64,000 bases of DNA from an uncultured virus (IMG/VR IMGVR_UViG_3300021387_000008) (taxonomy: Duplodnaviria; Heunggongvirae; Uroviricota; Caudoviricetes; Crassvirales). A model generated the notes under the pieces. The model had not been told where the DNA came from and ran no database searches. It saw only the letters and a program-made list of their open reading frames with translations. The stretch is taken from the IMG/VR virus record IMGVR_UViG_3300021387_000008; one strand, 5' to 3'. The first letter of the stretch is position 1. Each line of letters opens with the position of its first letter. Position numbers and translations under genes: made by a program. This document shows, one piece after another, positions 1-7,159 of the stretch.

Positions 1-421
1 CGATTGCATACTTGTGTAAAAGTAATAGTATGATTTCCATTTTGTTTGCGCATTGTGTTGCACATAAATGCAAATTAAGAGCAAGTTGTGCAAATTGTTG
101 TGCAAAATGTGGATTATATGGAGAGTTTTGAGGATAAGTATGATTATGTGTGGCAGTTCCATTGCGCACACTTTTGCACAAACTCTCAGCACATCTCTCA
201 TCATCATCTCAATTAATAATGCCTATTCTCACTATTTCTCTCTCATTCACTCTCATTATCTCTGGTTTCATACCTTTAATCCTCTCATTTATCATTTATC
301 ACATTATTATTAAGAACGTTTAAATCTTATAAGTAATAACTCTAAATAATGCCAACTCTATAAACTTGGATGAGTATCAAAGATTATGTTCTTAATCATC
401 TTCAACTTTACAACTACAACA

Positions 422-880
422 ATGACACAAGAAGAAATTATCAACACTATTACCACTTGCTCTGGCATGGTTGGTATGAAAGAGTTTGAACGTTTGTATA
501 AAGACCAGTTTATTAATTGGTTTTGGTACAACATTCAATATAACTCAGAAGAATCTAAGAAACAGGGTATGGAACTCATTAACTATCTTCGACGTACAAA
601 CGATATGACATACGGTGATTTTGATAAGAAATACAATAAAAGAGACTATCGTAGAGTCATTCTCAGTACAAGTATCATAGATATGAATGGCAACATCTTA
701 TTTCAAGGTACAATAGATGAAGTAGCAGAATATTGGGATGAGCATGTAGAATTTATTTGGCAAGACAATAAAGTTATTGACGAGAAGATTAATGGTGTTT
801 CAGCTATTACAACTAACATCGGTCACACTGATACATATGCTAAATATTGTTTCAATAAACTCAACTTTAATGTTATTTAA
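422..880 (+). CDS. hypothetical early protein
   Basis: ORF 386..880; ATG at 422 follows the TACAAC(A/T)ATG context seen at other starts (953, 1293). Confidence 0.7.
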   Translation: MTQEEIINTITTCSGMVGMKEFERLYKDQFINWFWYNIQYNSEESKKQGMELINYLRRTNDMTYGDFDKKYNKRDYRRVILSTSIIDMNGNILFQGTIDEVAEYWDEHVEFIWQDNKVIDEKINGVSAITTNIGHTDTYAKYCFNKLNFNVI

Positions 881-886
881 AACATA

Positions 887-913
887 ATCCTGAGGACTAA
901 CAATCCTCAGGAT
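887..913 (+). terminator. hairpin after first ORF
   Basis: ATCCTGAGGA-ctaacaa-TCCTCAGGAT perfect 10-bp stem; weak U-tract. Confidence 0.45.
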
Positions 914-952
914 ATACAACAAAATTAATTTTCATCTTTAATACTTACAACT

Positions 953-1105
953 ATGGCAAACAGTAAATTAGAAACTGTAATACTTCTTACAGGACAAACA
1001 ATTAAAGCAGCAGTGCAAGAACTTGGATTTCATTGTAATAATTTCCTTGCTAAGTATGACAATCATAAGTTAGTTTGGAAAGGTAATTGTTGGATGAAAT
1101 ACTAG
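953..1105 (+). CDS. small hypothetical protein (50 aa, MANSKLETVILL...)
   Basis: Hand-translated ORF below the track cutoff; TTACAACTATG start context. Confidence 0.6.
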   Translation: MANSKLETVILLTGQTIKAAVQELGFHCNNFLAKYDNHKLVWKGNCWMKY

Positions 1106-1148
1106 CATCAGCACGCCCGTAGAAAGAATTGTGTGTAGCATATTAACA

Positions 1149-1231
1149 ATCGCAGCAGCAAGGATGATTTAGATTTTCGGAATCAAAGCCGTAAGGTACA
1201 AGATTATCTACTTTATCTTTGTTGTTGCGAT
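1149..1231 (+). ncRNA. candidate structured RNA
   Basis: 1149-1167 pairs with 1213-1231 using several G-U pairs; internal hairpins GATT-TTCGG-AATC and GCC-GTAA-GGT. Confidence 0.45.
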
Positions 1232-1292
1232 ATACATCTTCTAAGTTTAATAAAACAAAATCTTTAATAAAAACAACTTAAAATTTACAACT

Positions 1293-1445
1293 ATGATTTA
1301 TTTTTATAGTTCAACTAATAAGCGTGATAAACTTACTCATCCGCTTACTATCAGTACAACAAGTGAAAGAAGAGCTTATGCTCTTGCAGTAATTAACTTT
1401 GCTAAAAATCGTATGATTGGTAGTCCTAAAAGAATTGAATTATGA
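1293..1445 (+). CDS. small hypothetical protein (50 aa, MIYFYSSTNK...)
   Basis: Hand-translated; TTACAACTATG start; stop overlaps next ATG (ATGA). Confidence 0.6.
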   Translation: MIYFYSSTNKRDKLTHPLTISTTSERRAYALAVINFAKNRMIGSPKRIEL

Positions 1446-1777
1446 TACAGATGAGAAGATTATTTGCATTATTGTTATTAACATTGTGCATAGGATTAGT
1501 AGCTAATGCTCAGACTTATATTCGTAGTGGCAACACATTCATTTCTTCTAAAGGGGAGCGAATTAAAGCTGAACCTACAAAGACAAAGTTTACTTGGAAA
1601 GATAGTAAAGGTCGTGAATATCCTGTATATATTTCTAGTTCTGGTTCTTGCTTTGTAATAAGAGTAAGTTCTAAGACTGGAAAAGAATATAAGAGTTATC
1701 TTGGTCCTGAAATCTCTGAACAGATATGTAAAGAATTAGGTATTAAATATAAAGCCAATAAAAATGATAGAACTTAG
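1442..1777 (+). CDS. hypothetical protein with N-terminal signal peptide
   Basis: MRRLFALLLLTLCIGLVANAQ: basic N-terminus, hydrophobic core, AxA-Q cleavage site. Confidence 0.75.
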   Translation: MIQMRRLFALLLLTLCIGLVANAQTYIRSGNTFISSKGERIKAEPTKTKFTWKDSKGREYPVYISSSGSCFVIRVSSKTGKEYKSYLGPEISEQICKELGIKYKANKNDRT

Positions 1778-2288
1778 ACCTTCTCCTTTTAAGCCAGGTA
1801 AAGGTATAAGTAGTTCTCAACAACAGTTTTATCATCTGTACAAAGATGGTAAAATTGTTGATAGAACTCTTTATACAAAATATGGTTATACAGGAGATAA
1901 AAATAAGAGTATTCTAGTTTTAAATAAACGAACTATTGCAGAAATTAGACCAAGTATATTAGATTCTTGTAGAAAGACTTGTAGAAGTTATCCAAGATAT
2001 ACTATTGGTGAAGATATTGTAGTAGTTAGTGGAGAAACTGGTAAAATTATACTTGATACGAACGATTCTTATTGTTTCGATGGTGCTCCTCTCGTTGTTT
2101 CTGATTATATGTTTAAATATAAAAACAGTCTTTATAATAATAAAGGTGAGTTAATTAAAACTTTTGAAAACGATATTAAGACTCATACTACTGATAATTT
2201 TTATATTGTAATCGAAACTTATGGCTATAACGCTATTAAATGTTATGTTTTTGATAAATTTGGTAAACTTGTAAATGAATATAAATAA
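1764..2288 (+). CDS. hypothetical protein
   Basis: 174-aa ORF tightly packed in the operon. Confidence 0.7.
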   Translation: MIELRPSPFKPGKGISSSQQQFYHLYKDGKIVDRTLYTKYGYTGDKNKSILVLNKRTIAEIRPSILDSCRKTCRSYPRYTIGEDIVVVSGETGKIILDTNDSYCFDGAPLVVSDYMFKYKNSLYNNKGELIKTFENDIKTHTTDNFYIVIETYGYNAIKCYVFDKFGKLVNEYK

Positions 2289-2290
2289 TT

Positions 2291-2689
2291 ATGATTAATC
2301 CAAAGATTTTAAATGCAGTTCTTATGGCTGCTACAAAAGAAACTAAAGATTTAGTTCTGAAAGCATTAGTTGAACATATTAGTAACAATTATGACTATAA
2401 CGACGCTAAGGCAGGTCATGTTATAGAAATGCTTGTAGATAAAACTGCTGTTGTAACTCCAGAAAAGGTAAATCTTAAGTGGATTGAAACTCATCCTGAA
2501 CGTCTTATGTATAAAATTGATAAATATAACATTAAAAATATTGTTGTTGACTCAGTAGATAACATAGACTGTACAGTTAAAGTTAGATTTAAATATCTCG
2601 AAAAGATTAACGAAGATAGAGGTGATGTTAGTTATACTGATAGTTCTACTGACATTAGCTTCAACAACTATCCCGAAATCTTAAAGTAG
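2291..2689 (+). CDS. hypothetical protein
   Basis: 132-aa ORF, 2 bp after previous stop. Confidence 0.7.
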   Translation: MINPKILNAVLMAATKETKDLVLKALVEHISNNYDYNDAKAGHVIEMLVDKTAVVTPEKVNLKWIETHPERLMYKIDKYNIKNIVVDSVDNIDCTVKVRFKYLEKINEDRGDVSYTDSSTDISFNNYPEILK

Positions 2690-2732
2690 GTTAAATATCT
2701 GCAAATTCTTCTTCTATATCAGTATTATTTAT

Positions 2733-2740
2733 TATATTTG
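2733..2740 (+). promoter_or_regulatory. Bacteroidota-type -7 promoter element
   Basis: TATATTTG matches TAnnTTTG upstream of acidic mini-ORF and tRNA cluster; -33 element weak. Confidence 0.5.
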
Positions 2741-2770
2741 TACCCGTACATTATATTAAATTATATTAGT

Positions 2771-2896
2771 ATGGAAGAAGAATATATTGCTGAAATGGAT
2801 GCTGAAACAGTTAATCAAGACTTTGATGATATAGACCTTTTTGGTACTAAGATGATTGAAGACGATGATGACAATTGTGATATAGAATTTGAATAA
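2771..2896 (+). CDS. 41-aa highly acidic peptide
   Basis: MEEEYIAEMDAETVNQDFDDIDLFGTKMIEDDDDNCDIEFE; 18 D/E, 1 K. Confidence 0.6.
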   Translation: MEEEYIAEMDAETVNQDFDDIDLFGTKMIEDDDDNCDIEFE

Positions 2897-2977
2897 CTCT
2901 TTGGAGGAGTACCATATGTGTTAAGAGTTATTTTCTCAGCCAACGCTAATATCGCCAATCTTAAATCTCCTCCATCT

Positions 2978-3051
2978 GAACTTGTAGCTCAATAGGATAG
3001 AGCAACAGCCTTCTAAGCTGTAGGTTAAGAGTTCGATTCTCTTCAAGTTCA
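2978..3051 (+). tRNA. tRNA-Arg(UCU)
   Basis: Acceptor GAACTTG/CAAGTTC; anticodon arm ACAGC-CTTCTAA-GCTGT; GTTCGATTC T-loop. Confidence 0.92.
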
Positions 3052-3124
3052 CAATTTAATTACTTTAATCATAAAAATTATCAATTTTGTAATACTACGG
3101 TTAGTGATAATAGTAGTATTATTT

Positions 3125-3196
3125 GCTCTCATCATCTAATGGTTAGGATACAAGATTTTCATTCTTGGCATACGAGTTCGATTCTCGTTGAGAGTA
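3125..3196 (+). tRNA. tRNA-Glu(UUC)
   Basis: Acceptor GCTCTCA/TGAGAGT; anticodon arm CAAGA-TTTTCAT-TCTTG; GTTCGATTC. Confidence 0.9.
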
Positions 3197-3319
3197 CTAA
3201 TAGATATAATAGTAGAAGTAAGTCCGATACCAGTTTCTATTTATAGTTTTTCAACGTTTACTGTAAATTGAATAAGTAGTGATAAATTACTGCACGAAGA
3301 TATTTCTACTATTTATATT

Positions 3320-3393
3320 GCTTCTATAGCTCAGTTGGTTAGAGCATCTGACTGTTAATCAGAGGGTCGTAGGTTCAAGTCCTGCTAGAAGCG
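3320..3393 (+). tRNA. tRNA-Asn(GUU)
   Basis: Acceptor GCTTCTA/TAGAAGC; anticodon arm TCTGA-CTGTTAA-TCAGA; GGTTCAAGTCC. Confidence 0.93.
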
Positions 3394-3446
3394 CACAAAG
3401 TCCTGTGACAACAGGCATGATTATTAATTTAAAACGTTTTACAATT

Positions 3447-3860
3447 ATGGCAAAAAATGCTAAAGAGCTTAGTCAAGTTAAAGCTCGTCAAACAAAACTT
3501 GGCAAAAAGAACAGTGATGAACTTATCCAGATTATTCTTAAGAAGGATAAAGTTGAACGTAATCTGAATAATCAGATTAAATCTCTCAAAGGCGAAGTTA
3601 ATGCACTTTCTACAAGAGTTAATAATTTTGATAAAGATATGGAAGGCTCTTATCAAACTATTGAAACTCTTAAAGACAAAGTTAAGACTCTTAATGAAAA
3701 GAACGATGCTCTTGCTCTAGAATCTAAAGAAAATCGTTCTCTTTACGAAGCACAAAGCAAGAAATATATTGCTTTTAAACATAAGGTTCTTGTATGGAAA
3801 GGTGCTACTTACATAATGACTGCTATTGCGATTGCTGCTGTTATAGTTGCAATCTTGTAA
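3447..3860 (+). CDS. coiled-coil protein with C-terminal transmembrane anchor
   Basis: Heptad-rich body; ends ATYIMTAIAIAAVIVAIL; start moved to ATG 3447 (TACAATTATG). Confidence 0.75.
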   Translation: MAKNAKELSQVKARQTKLGKKNSDELIQIILKKDKVERNLNNQIKSLKGEVNALSTRVNNFDKDMEGSYQTIETLKDKVKTLNEKNDALALESKENRSLYEAQSKKYIAFKHKVLVWKGATYIMTAIAIAAVIVAIL

Positions 3861-3897
3861 CATAGTTGTAAAAGTTAATGTATTATTGAAGATGGCA

Positions 3898-3930
3898 GCA
3901 CTTTTGCTCGTGAGAGTAGAAGTGCTTTTT
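3898..3930 (+). terminator. intrinsic terminator
   Basis: GCACTTTTGCTC-GTGA-GAGTAGAAGTGC followed by T-run. Confidence 0.65.
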
Positions 3931-3948
3931 AATTTAAAATTGAAACAT

Positions 3949-4293
3949 ATGGCTAAAGTATATAAAAACGATAAAAACTTTCTTGTTATTCAAATGACTG
4001 GTGCAGAAGCATCTGGACTTGGATTTGGTATGGAAATAACAGGATGTCTTAATTCTATTGTTTGTGGAACTTGTAATACTTCTATAGAACATAAAGATAT
4101 ATTTTATGTTGCTGGCATAAATGAAGTATTATGCAAAGATTGCATTGAAGATTATATTAAGAATATGAGTCATTATACTGATATTGATAGTCTTAAATAT
4201 GAGATTAATCATTTTAATATTATTGCTCAAAAACTTGGTATGTCTGAAAAGGCTAACTTTTCACCCGATAATAAGATAATTATAACCACATAA
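3949..4293 (+). CDS. hypothetical zinc-finger protein
   Basis: CGTC...CKDC cysteine pairs; start moved to MAKVYK, downstream of the terminator. Confidence 0.7.
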   Translation: MAKVYKNDKNFLVIQMTGAEASGLGFGMEITGCLNSIVCGTCNTSIEHKDIFYVAGINEVLCKDCIEDYIKNMSHYTDIDSLKYEINHFNIIAQKLGMSEKANFSPDNKIIITT

Positions 4294-4299
4294 AATCCT

Positions 4300-4392
4300 C
4301 TATTTAGTGCCTATCGTGGCTTGTGTTAATTTCAAATATCTTTGATGATTAATTATTAAGTTGACTATATAGGCAGGCTGAAATTGAATTTT
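4300..4392 (+). repeat. tripartite element family B, copy 1 (intergenic)
   Basis: CTATTT@4300, TGATTAATTATTAAGTT@+46, GCTGAAATTGAATTTT@+77. Confidence 0.85.
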
Positions 4393-4422
4393 GAAATATA
4401 GAATAATTTAAACTTAGATAAT

Positions 4423-4572
4423 ATGCCTGATAATAGAAGATATTATGTAGCTCTTCCTTGGCCTGAGTATCAAGATTATATGGCTGAAGATTGGTTTAGA
4501 GAAGAATCTTATTATGATGTGAATAAAGATACTTATTTAATTCCTAAAGAAAGATACGATGCAAGTATATAA
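4423..4572 (+). CDS. small hypothetical protein (49 aa, MPDNRRYYVALPWPEYQDY...)
   Basis: Hand-translated ORF overlapping the next gene start. Confidence 0.6.
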   Translation: MPDNRRYYVALPWPEYQDYMAEDWFREESYYDVNKDTYLIPKERYDASI

Positions 4573-4777
4573 AATAACTCCAACTACTGAATACTCTTAT
4601 GGTTGCGCTATAGTTGCAGCTAATAATAGAGAAGAAGCTATCAGAACGTTTAAAGATTTTGATGAGTTCAATGACGTTTTATACGATGATAGTAAATGTG
4701 TATGTAATATAATTGATAAGTTAGATTACGATTGTTCTGAACCTACTGTTATTGTAGATACAGTACAAGAAGAGTAA
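4559..4777 (+). CDS. hypothetical protein
   Basis: 72-aa ORF with IVAANNREEAI motif, common in small phage proteins. Confidence 0.65.
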   Translation: MQVYKITPTTEYSYGCAIVAANNREEAIRTFKDFDEFNDVLYDDSKCVCNIIDKLDYDCSEPTVIVDTVQEE

Positions 4778-4785
4778 TCTGGTAA

Positions 4786-4856
4786 TGCCCTATGGTGTAA
4801 TGGTAGCACTAGAGATTTTGGTTCTCTCAGTACAGGTTCGAATCCTGTTAGGGTAA
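4786..4856 (+). tRNA. tRNA-Gln(UUG)
   Basis: Acceptor TGCCCTA/TAGGGTA; anticodon arm AGAGA-TTTTGGT-TCTCT; GGTTCGAATCC. Confidence 0.92.
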
Positions 4857-4921
4857 CAATTCACAATTTCCTCTACGGGGGAGCTTATAAACTTAATATT
4901 AATTTTAAATTTTGTTGTAAA

Positions 4922-5209
4922 ATGGCAAAACATGATGAAAACAAAGATTTAAGAAGTTTTAGTCGTATTGGCAAAGTTAGTCCAGGTGACAAAACTCTTC
5001 GTGCTTCAAAGAATGCTACTATTGGTATTCATATGTGGGGCAAAATTGATTTTCTTACACATTATTGTGGTTGGCATCTTATTTGGGATAATAGTGCTGG
5101 AGTTGTAATGACTAAATCTGATGATAATTCTAATTCTGACCGTACAAATAAGAAAGCTAAAAAAGAACATCAATTAACTGATAAGACTAAGAAATCTAAA
5201 AAGAAGTAG
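4922..5209 (+). CDS. hypothetical basic protein
   Basis: 95-aa ORF with lysine-rich tail. Confidence 0.7.
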   Translation: MAKHDENKDLRSFSRIGKVSPGDKTLRASKNATIGIHMWGKIDFLTHYCGWHLIWDNSAGVVMTKSDDNSNSDRTNKKAKKEHQLTDKTKKSKKK

Positions 5210-5211
5210 TT

Positions 5212-5670
5212 ATGGGTTTACTTAAACTAATGCCGTTCAAAGTAGCGGTTCCTAAGCCTAAACGTAATAGAACTTCTGATGGTATTAAACGTACTACTAA
5301 TAAGATTGTTAAAGGTAAAGTCTTTCAAGATGAGGATGGAAGTTATAAAGTAGCAATAGATATGCAAAATGATGCTGTTAATCCTGATTTACTTGTTTTA
5401 GATTTTACTGAACGTTCTTATGATTTAACTGGTAAAATTAATGTATTTAGTAGAACAGTTGATGATAAAGGTAGACGTACTAGGTTTGTAAGAAATCCTA
5501 TAAATGCCAAATTTATGCCAGGTCTTACTGAACAGTATATCCCGTTTGCTCCTAATTGGATTGTAAGAGGTTATATTGTTACAGACAATGGTACTAAGAA
5601 GTTTGATTTCAAAAGTCTTGTTGGTGTAGATGGTTATACAATGGATGTTTTAAATCCTGAAGATGATTAA
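5212..5670 (+). CDS. hypothetical protein
   Basis: 152-aa ORF in operon with the helicase. Confidence 0.7.
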   Translation: MGLLKLMPFKVAVPKPKRNRTSDGIKRTTNKIVKGKVFQDEDGSYKVAIDMQNDAVNPDLLVLDFTERSYDLTGKINVFSRTVDDKGRRTRFVRNPINAKFMPGLTEQYIPFAPNWIVRGYIVTDNGTKKFDFKSLVGVDGYTMDVLNPEDD

Positions 5671-5676
5671 AATATT

Positions 5677-7143
5677 ATGAGTATTATTCCTATAAATCCA
5701 GCAAATACTAATAGAGCAAATACTAGTAGTTTTACAAACGACCAAAAAATAGCTTATGATAAACTTATAGAGTTTATTGATAGTCCTTTTGACCCAAAAG
5801 ACTATAAAAGAGCTTTAACTGGCGCTGCAGGTACTGGTAAGACTTATCTCGTTAAAGCATTAATTCTTAATAGTGCTACATCTTATTCATTGATTGGTCT
5901 TGCTGCACCTACCCACAAAGCTTGTAGAGTACTAGGAGAAAGTATTCATATTCCAGGTATCAAAGCCAATACTCTCCAATCTGATTTAGGTCTTCGTCTT
6001 AACTTTGATGTTGAGAAATTTGATTTAAATAATCCTCCTTTTGACCCAAAAGGTAAGATTAAGATTGGAAATTATAGACTTTATATTGTCGATGAAGCTT
6101 CTATGATAAATAGAGGTCTTTGTACTTTTCTTGAAAGAACTTGTATTACTAATAAATGTAAAATCATTTATATTGGTGATAGTTCTCAGTTAGCTCCTGT
6201 TAATGAGAAATATAGCTCTGCCTTCAAAGGCACTAAGACTTTTGCTCTAAATGAAATTGTACGTCAAGGTGAAGACAATCCTGTAAGTTATCTGCTTGAA
6301 CTTCTTCGTTATGATATTGAGCATAAGAGTTATAACTTTTTAACTCATATCCAACGATTTAGAGAAAAGTTTAATGCAGATTATACTAAAGGATATGCAG
6401 TTTGCACTCCTGAAGAGTTTGATAAAATAGTTTATAATAACTTTAATGATGAAGAACTTACTCGTAATGTAGATTATGCTAAAGTTATAGCATATACTAA
6501 TATGGCTGTTTCTAAATGGAATAAGTTTATTAGAAATGCAATTATAGCCGATAGCGATGTATCTGTACTTACGAAGAATGACTTGATTATTAGTTATACA
6601 ACTATTGTAAATCAATTTAATGATTGTATTATTAAGAATTCTGAAGAATACATTATTAAAGATATAGCAAATTCTGTTCATCCAACATATGGATTGAAAG
6701 GTTTTGTTGTAAGATTTCAAGCTATTCACGGAGGTGATATATCTACTTCATTATTTGTTATTGACCATAGTGATAAATTTACTATTGAGAAATATCTTCA
6801 AATTTCACAAGGTATGATTGATGCTGCTAAATCTGCAAGGTCTACTCTTAAAGCACAAAAATGGAGAGATTATTATGCTTTTAAAGAAGCCTGTTTACTT
6901 CTTACTAATATTATTAATCCTATGAATGGAACGATAATGTTTAGTAGAGATTTAGATTATGGTTTTTCTTTAACTTCTCATAAAAGTCAAGGTTCTACGT
7001 TTGATACATCTTTAGTTGATGTTAATGATATTGTATTCGATAGAAATGGATATCCTTATTCAGATGCTGAGGAGGTTAATCGTAGACTATATGTAGCTTG
7101 TAGTAGGTGTAAGAATAAACTTTATTTAAAGTTTGGTAAATAA
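5677..7143 (+). CDS. SF1B DNA helicase (Dda/RecD-like)
   Basis: GAAGTGKT Walker A, APTHKA, IVDEASM Walker B, GDSSQL, HKSQGSTF, LYVACSR. Confidence 0.92.
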   Translation: MSIIPINPANTNRANTSSFTNDQKIAYDKLIEFIDSPFDPKDYKRALTGAAGTGKTYLVKALILNSATSYSLIGLAAPTHKACRVLGESIHIPGIKANTLQSDLGLRLNFDVEKFDLNNPPFDPKGKIKIGNYRLYIVDEASMINRGLCTFLERTCITNKCKIIYIGDSSQLAPVNEKYSSAFKGTKTFALNEIVRQGEDNPVSYLLELLRYDIEHKSYNFLTHIQRFREKFNADYTKGYAVCTPEEFDKIVYNNFNDEELTRNVDYAKVIAYTNMAVSKWNKFIRNAIIADSDVSVLTKNDLIISYTTIVNQFNDCIIKNSEEYIIKDIANSVHPTYGLKGFVVRFQAIHGGDISTSLFVIDHSDKFTIEKYLQISQGMIDAAKSARSTLKAQKWRDYYAFKEACLLLTNIINPMNGTIMFSRDLDYGFSLTSHKSQGSTFDTSLVDVNDIVFDRNGYPYSDAEEVNRRLYVACSRCKNKLYLKFGK

Positions 7144-7159
7144 CTTTATCATATTCAAG

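Noticed and set aside
68..313. 81-aa ORF at the window start
   Set aside because: It runs through low-complexity repeats and has S/H/I-biased composition; probably spurious
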